From contig OZ024758.1 in assembly GCA_964016885.1 (NCBI GenBank), positions 12,214,001 through 12,278,000 on the forward strand: a stretch of 64,000 nucleotides of DNA, written 5' to 3'. Positions 1-14,349 of this stretch are shown here, piece by piece. Both the position numbers and the translations under genes were made by a program. The notes beneath the pieces were generated by a model. It was not told where the DNA came from and did not search any database. It was given only the letters and a program-made list of their open reading frames with translations. The DNA is from Eledone cirrhosa. Lineage: Eukaryota. Each line of letters begins with the position of its first letter. Within the stretch, counting starts at the first letter, position 1.

Positions 1-303
1 AACTCTGGTACAAACACTACACTTGTGACAATTATTGACACATAGTGCTGGGCCCATGGTACCATGTGACGACAAGTGCAGAGACATCTCCAGATATAAA
101 GCAATGCCTGTGCCGTGAAGCTTTTATAGTGAGCAAAGGCACTGCACAAAGCCAGTCCCACTCTCTTAACCAAGATGATATTTACCAAAAAGAAGAACAA
201 GTCAACATCATTGGATACCATCAGGGTTGCAGGTGTTATATCAGAGTTTTCCTTCTCCTAGAATTCTGCCTTGACAAAGGCTAAGGGGTCATCTATCCCG
301 GAT
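1..303. repeat. Interspersed repeat family A, copy 1 (truncated by window start)
   Basis: Near-identical to 46562-46870 and to 40799-40974 (e.g. gggcccatggtaccatgtgacgacaagtgcagag); no recognisable protein. Confidence 0.85.
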
Positions 304-974
304 GTATACACATATATACACACAAATACACACATGAACAAACACACAAATGTATACTCACACATACACACATACCGTCGAGTCTTCTGTTTGTTCATTT
401 GAAATGATTTTATTTTCATTATACCATTTTACCAATCCATTCCACCTTTCTTGATTTGTTTTTCTTTCAATCTTATTTCAATTGAAGCTGTAGCTTTCTT
501 GACACGCTTCCCAAATATGGGTGTAATTTATGTCAATGTTAACAAATTAACTGGACAGAAATAAGAGCGAATGATAACCACTTAACCACACCTGCATGTC
601 TGGAAACGTCTCCAGTCATGCATGAAACTATGTATTGGGTGTTACTATTAAAATATCAGACATCTGGTTTAACCATTGTATCGAAATGAACCTTCACAAA
701 TATATACGGGATATACATTTAAGGTATTTTAAGGAAGTAGTGTTCAGTGTCTTTATATTTATTTTTTCATTTAATTACATATACATGTTTTATTAATAGG
801 AAAACTACATATTTGATAATACATAATGAAGAATGGTGGTTTAACCTTAGAGATGTCAAAATCCCAAATTAAATACCAGACGGGCTATATTTCCGTTTAT
901 ATTACACTTTTGTTCAAATTCTACAAGGGAAAAATACTTTGTCTGTCATCACTTTAAGATTAAAAAAATATATG

Positions 975-1175
975 GTATGGTATGGTGTGTTCCCGTAACC
1001 CCTGATAGAGTCATAGGGGCGCCATATTGATATACGGCGTTTGGGGGACATTTTAAGCCTGGCAGACCCCATCTCTCTCCAGGTCCGAATACAGCAGATT
1101 TCTTCCAGAGAAAGATAGAAAGTGAGAGAAAGGAAATGAGAAAGAGATATAGAAGAAGAATCAACCCCAGTACTA
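975..1175 (-). mobile_element. SINE-associated 3' tail segment ending in (CCATA)n
   Basis: Homologous to 3580-3690, 11775-11950 and 62190-62360 (ctctttctcact...ggaagaaatctgctgt...cctggaga); at 3580 and 62190 it directly follows the SINE core. Confidence 0.55.
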
Positions 1176-1811
1176 GATCTCAATCACTTCGATCTCATTG
1201 TTCACTGATAACTCACTAATACAGGGTAAAACCTTTTCTTGCAAGACTTACCTCCGCCCACGAAAGAAATAGTAGATAATAATTACAGGCAGGAGCCTCG
1301 GAAACATAACTGGTTTTATAACTCGCTGTATTTTAGATGTGAAGGTCTTGTTTGGAATAGGATCATATAATCTATGACCACTGATCTGTCTTATAGAAAC
1401 TATGATTTTAAACGATAATAATCCTAAATATAGAAAGCCAAGTAAAATATCATATCTGTTAAACGAAGCGAGTTAAACCATTAAAAGGTTGTATGGCATT
1501 AAAGCATGTCAGGGAATATTTTTAGAATGTTATCGCATATTCTGTATATATTAATGTGTATGTGCGTGTGAATGTGTTTGTGTAAGTATGTGAGAGTGTG
1601 CCTGGTCTGTGCGTGTGTCTGTGTATGTATGTTTGTCTACCCAGAGAAACTCAGACCAGCTTTTCCCCATACACATTTAATTCTCTCTGAGATAAACACA
1701 AATAGTTCAGAGATCCAATATTTTTGTGTGAGGAACCAAGGTGTTTAGTTTGTGAGTCAATTCCCTGTGTCTGCTTGAAAATAAAATAACATACATACAT
1801 ACATATACATA

Positions 1812-1867
<56 letters not shown>

Positions 1868-1943
1868 TATATTATATATATTATATATATATATATATTA
1901 TATATATATATATTATATATATATATATATTATATATATATAT

Positions 1944-1975
<32 letters not shown>

Positions 1976-2000
1976 ATTATATATATATATATATATATAT

Positions 2001-2442
2001 CTAGGGCGGGTAAAATTCCCGAGATCCATGGACGAGTTCTCTCCAGCGGTCTCTGTCCCTCATTATCGCTGCCATGTCCTGCGTCTCCAACAGACCAGTG
2101 TCTGTCCTTAGGCCATCAACATGCGTTAACATTGGTCTTCCTCTTCCAGTGTGTCCATGTAGGGGCTCCCACAGGATCACTGAGTGCAATGTCAACTCTG
2201 GATGTCGGTGAGCATGTCCAGCTAATCTCAGTCTTCTCTGTGTCACTTTTGAGCTGACTTTTGGGAGGCTCCCATACAGCTCTGAGTTTTTCATCCTCAG
2301 TGTATGCTGATTAATGTTCAGAGCCATCCTCAGCATTCTCGTGTAGCACCCATCCACCATCTGAGTGAGTTTCTTGGTCAGTGTCCAAGTCTCAGACCCG
2401 TACAGCAGCACAGACTCCACTACAGCAATGACGAGACGGCTC
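2001..2442 (-). mobile_element. RTE-clade LINE, 5'-truncated 3' end (RT C-terminal region)
   Basis: Open frame VESVLLYGSETWTLT...RRLRLAGHAHR...GRGRP...RDRDRWRELV* carries the RTE-type LLYGSETW, RL.W/AGH and GRGRP motifs; flanked by (TA)n on both sides. Confidence 0.9.
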
Positions 2443-2460
2443 TATATATATATATACACA

Positions 2461-2712
2461 CAAAAACAAGATGGCGTAGGACAGAACAAAGGAGAGGCAC
2501 AAAAACAAAGAAAATAATCCCCAGTCAATGAAGAGGTCACAGAATGTGTGACGAAAGAACTTTGACAATATATAAACAATCATCTGGTTGTGGAACCAAC
2601 CAACCAACCGGAAATTTATAAATTCCTAAATTTATAAATTTATTATAATAAATTGAAGTGAAAACAACTGGTGCGTGTGTTTCTTATTGGCAACATGACC
2701 CTCCCAAAGTAT

Positions 2713-2718
<6 letters not shown>
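2461..2718 (+). mobile_element. (TA)n-embedded pLTR-like element, family D, with degenerate hammerhead at 2524-2566
   Basis: gtca-ATGAAGA-g-gtcaca/tgtgac-GAAA-gaactt-tgac; terminus tgaccctcccaaagtataacaa(ta)n shared with 49633-49904. Confidence 0.6.
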
Positions 2719-2754
<36 letters not shown>

Positions 2755-3227
2755 AAAGGTTCTGTCTAAATCTACAGAGTGATATTGGCAGCCCAGATTT
2801 TACTATTGCAGGCGCATCAAAACGAAATATTCTGAAGACTCTGCCTCAGGTGGTATATTTTCTAGTATATTCTTTAGTCCTTGGACAATTATAGGAATCT
2901 GTGTGATGTTTGTCTTTCTCATTTATTTTTATATCATTTCTTATTTTCATATGTTCGTATAACATAAGCCAAAATAAATAGCTAGACATTAGTTAAACAT
3001 TTAAGAATCTATAATGATGAATAAGCTATCTGCAAGGTAATATTTTGATATCTTGGCGGGGAATGTCAGGAACATCCATGAGGGAAAAGAATTTATCATT
3101 ACTGAGTCTAGTGCAGGTGGGATATGAAGACATAAATCTTGAGAATACCACGTGTAGTGTACTACTTTCAATAGAATTTCACCCATTCTTAAGTTGGTTT
3201 AGTAAATGTATCATTATCATTATATAG

Positions 3228-3420
3228 GGTGGTGGTTTGGCAGTATCGGTAGAGGGTCGGGTGCCATGCTTTGCAGCATAAAGTTACGGCCCTTGCCATT
3301 CTGAGTTCAAATCCAGCCGAGGTTAACTTTGCCTTTCATCCTTACGGGGTAAATAAAATAAAGTTCCAGTAATACACTGGGATAATTGCTGGCCTTGTGC
3401 CAAAAGTAGAAACAATTATC
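3228..3420 (+). mobile_element. tRNA-derived SINE family 1
   Basis: A-box tggcagtatcgg, B-box gagttcaaatcc, core aactttgcctttcatccttacgggg, tail gctggccttgtgccaaaagtagaaacaatta. Confidence 0.9.
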
Positions 3421-3444
3421 ATTATATACGCAGAAATAAATAGA

Positions 3445-3690
3445 TAGCGAATTGGTAGAGTCGTTAGAATATCAGATAGAAGGCTTTAGAGAAAATCTGA
3501 GTTTAAATCCCACCGCGGTCAACTTTGCCTTTCATCTAGTCAAGGTTAATAAAAAAAAAGTACCAGTCTAGTACAGGGTTTCATTCTTCCTCTATATCCA
3601 TTTCTCACTTCCTTCCTTTTCTAGAAGAAATCTGTTGTATTCAGACCTGGAGATGAGATGTGTTTCGCCAGGTTTAGAAATGCCGTTATC
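3445..3690 (+). mobile_element. Diverged SINE family 1 core with alternative 3' tail
   Basis: gagtttaaatccc...gtcaactttgcctttcatc followed by the tail also seen at 62190. Confidence 0.65.
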
Positions 3691-4669
3691 CTAGTCATTG
3701 TAAAGATTCTATCGTTAAGAATCTTGACTGCATTGTCAGTGCAACAACTGTGATACCACAAGAATCTTATTTATTCAAGCGTACACATTTGATTCCGAGA
3801 CATTAATGCACCTTCATAATATACTTTATGGTTACTGGCAGGCAAAGATATAACACGAGGGAATCTTAAGTTAAGACGAGACTAATTTAAAATGTTTCAT
3901 TATAAGTTAAATTCTTTGCTATTGGAATAATTTTACAGTGGTTTGCACCTTCTTCCATTCCTCGGAATCTTATATTAAATTATCTAAATTGATTTATTGA
4001 GATTATTCCAAACTTTTCAAATTATATAATTATCCCTATGATTACTCAAATGAATTTGACGATCCAAATAGAACTGGTTTTAACCTAAGGGACCATTTTT
4101 GTAATAAAATAATTAAGTATCAAATTGAATTTTTGTTTAGTAAGTCCAAAGTTGGCACTTAAGTCAGGGGGTGGATCATAAGGATATTTTACTCGTTGCA
4201 TACAAGTATGAAAAACATGTTATTTTTTAAATGTTTTTCTTAAATTTTTTGCATTTTTTTTTAAATTAATTTTCTGCTCTCAAGTACACTTAAAATACCA
4301 ATTAATATGCTGTACATAGGTGCAGGCGATAATTAATATATCTATGAAATTTAGGAAAATTGAACGACCTATGTGCCAAGATGGTGGCCGACGTATAAAT
4401 TACTTCAATTTCACCTTACAGCATTAGTCTACGTCGTAGGTATCAATAGCCGCTTTCGAACCTACGTTAGTAGACTATATGGCTATATATATATATATAT
4501 ATATGTGTGTATGTGTGTATGTGTGTGTGTGTGTATCCATTTATGGGTATATATATATGTGTGTACTTGTGCCTGTGTGTGTATGCCTTTGCAAGTGTAC
4601 AAATATATATCTTACTAATTTAAGAATGTTCATTAAGTGCAAACGTGTCTGGTTTAAGTTTCGTTAATG

Positions 4670-4799
<130 letters not shown>

Positions 4800-4849
4800 T
4801 ATATATGATTATTTATAAATATACATACATATGTATGTGAATGTAAGTG

Positions 4850-4952
<103 letters not shown>

Positions 4953-5392
4953 CGCGAGGGAAATGTTTGGAAAATCAATTTTTATAGAGTCTTATCTCCC
5001 AGAGGGATACTCTTTACTTCATGAGATAGTTTGTACTCTGAAGCAGGGATATATCTTATATTCATTCGCTGTTATTTAATATTTATACCATAAAGATAAG
5101 ACACCCTTTCATCTTTTCTTATTAAAATATTTTGTGACGTAACTAAATAACCACAAGAATTATTTGGAATATTTCAAGGTATTTTAGGTGAGAGCTGGGT
5201 TATATATTTTTGTCTGAAATATTCTGAGAAAACAAACATGAAACATATTAACAGACATTTTGAAGATACCTAAGGGAGATTTTTAAACTCATCTAAAATA
5301 GATTCCTATGCCCTTTCCTCTCTCCCTCTTCTCTCATCCCTCTCTCTCCGATCTCTCCCCTTCTCGCTTACGCACACAACCTGTCACGTCTC

Positions 5393-5430
<38 letters not shown>

Positions 5431-5520
5431 TTATTTATTAGTCTATATCTATGTCTATACATCAGAACTATCTTCTTCCTTTCGCATCATCTCTCTCTTT
5501 ATATATATACACACACATAT

Positions 5521-5664
<144 letters not shown>

Positions 5665-5894
5665 ATGTCTCACACATCGTGTAGACACACACGCCATACT
5701 GCACACACAACACGTAGACACACACACCATAATTCACACACATACGCATATTAGATGAAACAGAGAACCCTGTATGAAATAGAGAAGTGCCGTGTGGTTA
5801 ATATACTTAACTCTTTGAGAATGAATTACAAGCTCAAACCCTCAATTTCTAAGCAAATTAGTTACAATATCTTACTTCATGTAGCTGGCTAAAA

Positions 5895-6020
5895 AGATCG
5901 CAGCTTAGTGGTTAGAGTGTTATTCTAAAGCTTGTAAGGTTATGAGCTTGATCTCCACACTGAGCCGCTGTTTTTTTTCGTTGAGCCAGGCCCTTCATTT
6001 CACGTTGCTCTAGTACAGAA
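5895..6020 (+). mobile_element. tRNA-derived SINE family 2, degenerate
   Basis: gcagcttagtggttagagtg...ttgagc...tttcacgttgctc matches the reverse complement of 14385-14528. Confidence 0.55.
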
Positions 6021-6269
6021 GCTGTGGGGCGGAAATCCCGATATGTATCTGCTTATATCTACCAGGAACTGCAGCCGGTAGATAGTATCAGCAATGGAAA
6101 GATCAATGGAAACAGTGTTTCCTTGGTCCAATTGGACGAGTTCCGTCCCCCTTAGTAAGCGAATGAAGTCTGGGAACTTACTGGTCAATAGTACGAAATC
6201 TGCCTGTATATAATATAATAATATATATATGTATGTATGTATATATTATATACATTATATATATACATC

Positions 6270-6350
<81 letters not shown>

Positions 6351-6457
6351 CATAGTATATATTATATATTGATGATATTATAAGAAATCCGGAAGCGGGA
6401 ATCACAGAGAAGTGTCACAGGTAGAATCAGGTTCAAATAAATAATAGAATGATACAC

Positions 6458-6520
<63 letters not shown>

Positions 6521-6656
6521 ATACATTTATAACATATATAAAGGATACTCATGTCAGAGTGTATCTCTCTCTCTCTCTCTATCTATCTGTCTATCTCTCT
6601 CTCTATATATATATATATACATATACCTTTACACACATACATATCGTATATATCAC

Positions 6657-6687
<31 letters not shown>

Positions 6688-6868
6688 AATATATATATAA
6701 ATATATATATATATATAAATATATATACATATATGAATACGTTAGTGTATATATGAACATGAATATCAGCGTAACATATATATGTAGATGCATGTGTATA
6801 CACACACATGTATGTATGTATGTATGTATGTATGTATGTATGTATGTATGTATGTATGTATGTATGTA

Positions 6869-6963
<95 letters not shown>

Positions 6964-7019
6964 GGTCAGTCAATGGCAACATTGAGGACCGAATAAATTA
7001 GATTACCGATATAAAAGAC

Positions 7020-7115
7020 ACAGAAGCGAAATGAAAAGCGAAAACCAACCAAACAGTGAGTGTGTTCTGTTATTAATTCTGGCAATATTACACAAATATG
7101 ACCCTCCCCAAGTAT

Positions 7116-7120
<5 letters not shown>
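7020..7120 (+). mobile_element. Family D-related terminus in (TA)n
   Basis: gtgagtgtgttctgttattaattctggcaatattacacaaatatgaccctccccaagtataacaa(ta)n; also at 44821-44878 and 45043-45111. Confidence 0.7.
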
Positions 7121-7153
<33 letters not shown>

Positions 7154-7672
7154 CCATACAAATGTCTATCTATAATAACATGACCCATATGCTTATCCTT
7201 ACAGTCATCTAACATGGTTCTTAACTTTAGATAAGAACTTTGATGAATTATAATGAACTGAGGAAACCGCTTCTACACTTTCTACTTTACTCTCTTTCTC
7301 ACTGTTTACCTCTCTCTTTCTCTCTCCTCTCTCTCTCTCTCTCTCACTATCTCTAGCTCTCCCTCTCCTTCTCTCTCTCTCTCTCTGATCCTTCTACAGA
7401 CAATCACATACTCACACACACACACACATATATATACACACATACACACATATATACACATACACATATATATATATATATACACATTTATATATATATA
7501 TATATATATAAATATATATATACAGATATATATACACATATATATATACACACACACACATATATATATATATATACACACATACATATACACACACATA
7601 CATACATATATATATATACACACATACACATATGTATATATATATACACATACACATATATATATATACACA

Positions 7673-7720
<48 letters not shown>

Positions 7721-7733
7721 TATATATACACAC

Positions 7734-7764
<31 letters not shown>

Positions 7765-7781
7765 TATATATACACACACGC

Positions 7782-7813
<32 letters not shown>

Positions 7814-8138
7814 ATATATACACATATATATACACACACATACATATATACACATATACATACACACACACATATACATACACACACATATACATATACA
7901 CACACATATACATATACACACACATATATTATATATATCTATATACATATATATATATTAGCATATATGTGTCTTGTACTGTAAGAATATCGGAAGTAAA
8001 ACAAAGATCATTTATATATAACTTAAATCTAAACCATTCATATTTCATACAGACCTGACGATGTACAGTTATATAAACTATGGCTTGGTAGGGAAGGGTC
8101 TGTGTATCTGTGAGTGTTTTGTGAGACAAACGAAAGGA

Positions 8139-8228
8139 CCAGAGCTTATATCATCCTTGATTTACTTGCCATTATATATCATACCAGAGCTTATATCATC
8201 CTTGATTTACTTGCCATTATATATCATA
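8139..8228. repeat. 45-bp tandem duplication
   Basis: ccagagcttatatcatccttgatttacttgccattatatatcata present twice. Confidence 0.9.
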
Positions 8229-8384
8229 TCATAAAACTTGTACATTGAGAAACATTGAGAAACATTGATCAACGCTGGGGCCTAAATGTTTCATCACTCT
8301 ATGTCACCTAAGTCCACAGGGCACAGTCCCAACAGCGCCAAACCCTAGGAACAGAGTTCATCACCCTACCCCCTTCAGTGACCC

Positions 8385-9295
8385 TAGAGTCTGGTACTTT
8401 ACTTTATCGAAGAAGGGCAAAGCTGACCTCAGAGGGATTTGAACTTCGAACATAGACGTACCTACATGATACATGATCTACTTGCCACAAAGTATAATTA
8501 AGGGGTTTTGATTTAGGTACAAGGCCAACAATTTTGGGGGAAGTGAACAGCAACTAAAACGACCCCAGTACATTACTGATACTCTATTTTATCGCCCCTG
8601 TAAGGATGAAAGGCAAAGCTGGCCTCAGCGATATTTGAACACAGAACGTATATATACATACACAATCTATTTATCACAAAATATAATTGTTTCTGCTTTT
8701 AGCCCAAGGCCAGCAATTATCCCAGTGTATTACTGGTACTTTATTTTATCGACCTCGTAAGGATGAAAGGCAAAGTTAACCTCTGCGGGATTTGAACTCA
8801 GACCATAAAGGGCCGTAACTCTTTGCTGCAAAGCATAACGTCCGACCCTCTACCGATTCTGCCAATCCACCCCAAATATAATACTGATTTCTAATATACA
8901 TGTTTTTGTGGGGAGAGTAGTAAAGTGGATTATATCGACCCCTAGTACTTGTAAGGTACTTATTATATCACCTCGGCTCCTTGATTAGTATTTATTTTAT
9001 CGATCCTGGAAGGATGAATTGAGTAATCAACATACCGGAAATAAACGTAGATTTAGATCGTTCATCGAATTGACCCAAATAACGCATCTCATGTTTCTGT
9101 CCGCCAACAGATTCTCTCATTTATTGCCCACCAAATAATAATAATCGTTTCTGCTTTTGTCGGCACAAGGCCAGCAATTTTAAGAGAAGGGAAAAGATGA
9201 TTAAATCCACCCCAGTGCATTACTGGTACTTTATTTTATTGAGCCCCGTAAGGATGAAAAGAAAAACTAATATCGGCGAGAGATTTTACCTCCGA
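8385..9295 (-). mobile_element. Cluster of SINE family 1 copies (full copy 8686-8875, partials ~8385, ~8505, ~9145)
   Basis: Repeated ctggtactttattttatcga...ggatgaaaggcaaag...ggatttgaact. Confidence 0.85.
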
Positions 9296-9704
9296 ACGAA
9301 AAAAAAAGTGAAAATGTATCCCCTTAAATAATTAGTCCTACCTGTAATCTAACCTGTCAACTAAGCCTCAAACTGTACAGGAAGAAGAAGAAAAAGAGAA
9401 AGAAAAAAAAGAAAAAGAAAAAGAAGAAAGAGAAGAAAGAAGAAAGAGATATGAAACTAAATCGTTAACTGAAGTTTCTTTACTTAGTCTTTTGAAGTGA
9501 AATGTCAAACAAAAGATAATGTTAAGTGTTGAGTCAGAAAGATATTGATAATTGAGATTATATATATATATATATATATACATCCACAAAGTCGACCTTA
9601 TATATATATATATACACATATATATATACACACACATAGATCGACCTTATATATATATAATGTATATATACATATATATACACACACACATCCACATAGA
9701 GCAC

Positions 9705-9749
<45 letters not shown>

Positions 9750-10258
9750 GAATGTATATATATATATATAAAAGAAACATGATTATCTAAAATGTTTATA
9801 CGATGTCAATAGCTACGATGACTCAACCAATATCTCATTATTTTGTTTATTTTGTTAATGCTTTTAGTCATTGTACTGTAGCCGTGTTCACAATCGACAT
9901 ATAATTGGTTTATATATTGAAGTATTTGGGTGTAGAAACGAGAGACAACACTGTTCTGAATATATCTAATAAACAGCATATGTGTTAACTAATTCTGTGA
10001 TGTTTCCTCTATCAGAAATATTTACCACAATTTTATATCGTGTAATTAGAAAAGCAATTAGATGATATTTAACTTTATTATGTTGTCATCATTGTTGTTT
10101 GATTTATGGAGCCATTCTTTTATGGATGAAATAATTTATTTAAAGAAATAATTATAGAAAATAATAAGGAAATGAAGAACAGAAGAAAAGAAATAAAATG
10201 AAAAAAGAATGAAGCAATGAAAGGATGGGAAAAGGAGGGGTGGTGATAGGCTCTACAC

Positions 10259-10572
10259 CAGCGGCGTGGAAAACGTGCCCGTGGGCCACAATCCGGCCCG
10301 CCAGAACAATCAGAGTGGCCCGCGATGACAGTTTTTGAATTTTACCTACTAGGCTTATTCAGAATTTTTTTTGTAACCGTAATAGTTCTGTTCGTTGACC
10401 TATACTAAAGGGCTTCACTGATAGGGTTATGTGTGTTATAATTTCCCAGTTCTATGTTATGGAAAGAATTTCTGGTGAATCTTTGGAATAGTGCTTAATA
10501 AATATTAATGGCCCTAATAGTTGTTCCAGTGTTCCAAAGTGGCCCGTCAATGGAATATGTTACACACCCCTG
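10259..10572. mobile_element. hAT (Charlie-like) MITE
   Basis: Termini cagcggcgtgg / cacacccctg, subterminal gggccacaatccggcccg and gtggcccg, imperfect 8-bp TSD ctctacac / ctttacat. Confidence 0.75.
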
Positions 10573-10599
10573 CTTTACATCATTCTCCTTCTTCTTTGC

Positions 10600-10800
10600 C
10601 CACTTATTCCTGAGAGGATTGTGGAGGCAGAGTCCTCAAACACACCTTCCAGAAGGTTCTGTCAGAAAAAGCAACCGCTTCCAACTGTTACGGCTGGATC
10701 CCCCAAGCAAGACAAGCCAGACGCATGGATGTTATCCAACCATCTTGCTCAAGAGCTACCCCTGGGTCTCCTGCCAGTTGGTTTTACTCGTAAAATCTGT
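10600..10800 (-). mobile_element. Decayed RTE-clade LINE 3' end
   Basis: Minus strand reads KPTGRRPRG..ARWLDNI (RTE C-terminal GRRPRGRP..RW.D.I motif); homologous to 22680-22795. Confidence 0.7.
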
Positions 10801-11158
10801 CCTGGATTCCTTCGTGTGATATTACACCCTATTTATTATTATTTTCAATATATCAAATTTTCGTTTATCTAACAGATCCTTTTCTGAGTGAACAGAACAG
10901 ATTGTAACTGAAGACGAATGGTTAAACTGAACTGTGAAAAATCATCACTACAGGTGCTACTGATGTTAGCTATTGCTACAAACTTAATCTGCATATGAGC
11001 CGACATAGTAAATATCGAATCACTTAGGCGCCTCTTACCCCACGTCACATCCGACTGTTCTTTTTGAAGATGATCTCTTAGAAACTTAAGAATCAATGTT
11101 TTCAACCCTCTTCAAAATTTCAAAATTATCACATTTCCTCTAAATTCAACCCAGAAAG

Positions 11159-11205
<47 letters not shown>

Positions 11206-11269
11206 AAGATGGTTAAAAGAGTTCCATGTATTTTATTATGCGCATTTCAAAAACAAATATCATCATGGG

Positions 11270-11443
11270 CTACTTTTTTTCCTAAAATAAGTCTCAAAAA
11301 TCGACCACGCGTTCTGGAGGCCGAAGGCTACATTTTTATGATTATTATTATTAATTTTTTTTTTTTTTTTTTTTTCAATATTTGGTTGTCAAAATAGGGT
11401 GCGTCCTCGAAGACGAAGCGTCTTCGGCACCGGAAAATACGGT
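11270..11443. mobile_element. Tc2/pogo-like DNA transposon terminus
   Basis: aaaatagggtgcgtcc...ggaaatacgg followed by TA, resembling CCGTATTT-type TIR ends; the other end was not found. Confidence 0.45.
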
Positions 11444-11573
11444 ATATATATATATATATATATATTGCCCTCTTTTTAATTTTGTTCCTTCTCTTCATCC
11501 CCCCCCTTTTTTTAATGTCTTTCCACCACTCCCCCCTCACACCCTCGGAACTCTTTTCCTTCCCACTTTTCTT

Positions 11574-11601
11574 CTGATGAAGGGCTTATGCCCGAAACGT
11601 C
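11574..11601 (+). ncRNA. Minimal hammerhead ribozyme core (PLE-type)
   Basis: CTGATGA-a-gggc(ttat)gccc-GAAACGTC; stem I not evident. Confidence 0.6.
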
Positions 11602-11690
11602 GTCCCTCACCCTCCCACACTCAAGCGTGAACCTAATACTAACACTTTGTTCTGCACTCTTCGTTATTGTTTTTGTTTTCTGTTTTAACT

Positions 11691-11746
<56 letters not shown>

Positions 11747-12281
11747 CACACCTCGTATATATATATTTTTTTTTTTTTGGTCCCTAAATCTCTTTCGCTA
11801 TCTCACCTCCATAGCCTCACTTTCTACCCTTCTCTGGAAGATATCTGCTGTGTTCAGATCTAGAAAGAGACGGGCTCGGCTAGGCTTACAAAAACAAAAT
11901 GTCCAAGAAACGCCGTCTGCCAATACAGCGCCGCTACCATACCATACCAAAAAAAAATACGATATTTGAACTTTGATAGCAGAAAGAAATACCGATGGAT
12001 CGGATTGAACCCGAGGCTCTGATAGATCTATCAAGTCGCCGCCTCCTTCAGAAGCAAATAGTAAAGAAGGTACAAAAGAAAGAAGGAAAGGTGTGTGGCA
12101 AGAAAGAAAGAAAGAAAGAAAGAAAGCATAAATGAAACATATAAACGAAGTAATCAGTCATTTTATTGCCGGAAAGCGAAAAATTATTTTTACCGATGAT
12201 TCATAATTTTCTATTTACGGCTGACTACTATCTGAAAGTCTCCCACGATTTCCTAATGTTTTCTTTGGTTTATCTTTAAAC

Positions 12282-12313
<32 letters not shown>

Positions 12314-12443
12314 TATACAGACATATCGACACAAACATACATATACACACACACACATATATATATAATATATATATACATACACACATACATATAGACA
12401 CATACATTCATATATATATATAATTACATGCTTACAGACACGC

Positions 12444-12498
<55 letters not shown>

Positions 12499-12513
12499 CA
12501 TGCTTACAGACAC

Positions 12514-12574
<61 letters not shown>

Positions 12575-13658
12575 TAACAATATTGACTTCTTTTTCGCTT
12601 AATTGCAATTCACAACAGTGTGAACTTATAATCCTTACACATACACATTCACACACAGTGACACACACACACAATGACACACACATATACACACAATAGC
12701 ATCTATATATATTCTCCTTAGTAACTGTGGGAAAAATCTATGCTGAATCCATAATTTCTATTGGGGTGTTAGACAAAAGTTATATTTGGTGTCAAATAAT
12801 GACGTCATCTTTTCTTTTGTTTATCGTTTTCATTCCTATTGTTTCTAATTTCTCTTTGTTTTTAATCTTAATTTTTTATTTAATTTCAATACCAGAATAA
12901 CTCATATCAATTTGCAAAGATTTTCCAGTAAGTCCGTTTCTATCTCAGGTTGTAAACCAGTTTTCAATATCATCAATTTTTTTTTTTTATATATATATAT
13001 ATTTATTTAATATTAATATTATTTTTTATTTAATTCTATTTTTAATTAATTAGAGTCGGTTGATTAATTTGCTGGAGTGCTGGATAAAAATCATTGCAGA
13101 GATTAGGTGTGTGAGATTAGGTGTGTGTGTGTGTGTGCATTTTTTGCGCTCAAATCTCACAGCAGGCAATTTTGCCTTTCATTTTTGGCGCGTTTATAAA
13201 AAAAAAAAGTTTCGTTTTGTCATTTGAGCCATGTTTACCTCCATCACACAAAATAAGTTCCTCTTGTGCCATAAATAAGAATAATTGCTGGAAATGTGTG
13301 TGCTATTTCTAGCAACTCAACAGACCAGGTAGATGGAAATATTCCAAGGTTTGGCTTATGTAGTTTTCTCTGTGTGTGTGCATGATTCTGTGGTCCTGTA
13401 TGTTTGCGTGTTGCGCATTCGTGTGAGTGTGTGTCCGTGAGTGTGTATGTGCATGCAAGTATGTGTGTGTGTCCGTGAACGCTTACAGACGATAAAGAAT
13501 AATTAGAATGACACGCATGCGTCCCTCCACCTCCATTGAACTAGCTTAGATATCTTTCTTTTCTAATTGTAAATAATTGTCACGTACGCCATTTAGATCT
13601 TAATCAAGACTTAAAGTTGACATGAGATCTATATATCTGTATAGATATATAGGTATAC

Positions 13659-13713
<55 letters not shown>

Positions 13714-13716
<3 letters not shown>

Positions 13717-13808
13717 TCTCCCAAGAAAATATATACACACTTCAACAACATTCTTATAATTATTGCCTGTACAGGCAATCAAAGTGGGTATACATATTGT
13801 GGGACACC

Positions 13809-13811
<3 letters not shown>
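13714..13811. mobile_element. ~100-bp Tc1/mariner-like MITE in (TA)n
   Basis: Terminal gggacaccctg-ta; internal attgcctgtacaggcaatcaaag shared with 45131-45229 (ta-cagggtgtcc). Confidence 0.7.
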
Positions 13812-13869
<58 letters not shown>

Positions 13870-14193
13870 CATACGCACACACACACACACACTATATATA
13901 TAAACATAGATGCGTGTATGTATGGAAAGGAGCTTTTCAGTGACGCATGTTTTACTGAAGTCATAACTGTGCTCGGGACTTAACGTTTGTCAGTCATATT
14001 GTCCAATTACAATTTGTTTGCGTTAATAAAACTTTTAGATCCAACAAAGTTTCAAGACCCCTCGTTCCTAGTTTTATCTTCATAATGAAATATACAATGA
14101 AAATATGATAGAACTTGGGCATAGTCGTGATTTTAATAGTACATATTCACAAGAAAGCTGTTATCAATACACACACAAACACACATACACAAT

Positions 14194-14234
<41 letters not shown>

Positions 14235-14349
14235 GGGTACGCTTATTTATATATATATGTATGTATATATATATATATTATATATAAAAGGATCGATCGA
14301 CTTTCGTCAAATCGGACCGAGGAAACAATGTTTTCGTCGGTCTTTCCAG

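Noticed and set aside
4426-4478. Hairpin tagtctac..cgtaggt / acctacg..gtagacta next to a TA tract
   Set aside because: Single occurrence, no CTGANGA core, no family support in the window.
10877-10953. Possible host exon (ctaacag acceptor ... cag/gtgcta donor)
   Set aside because: Weak donor, stop codons, and no supporting neighbouring exons.
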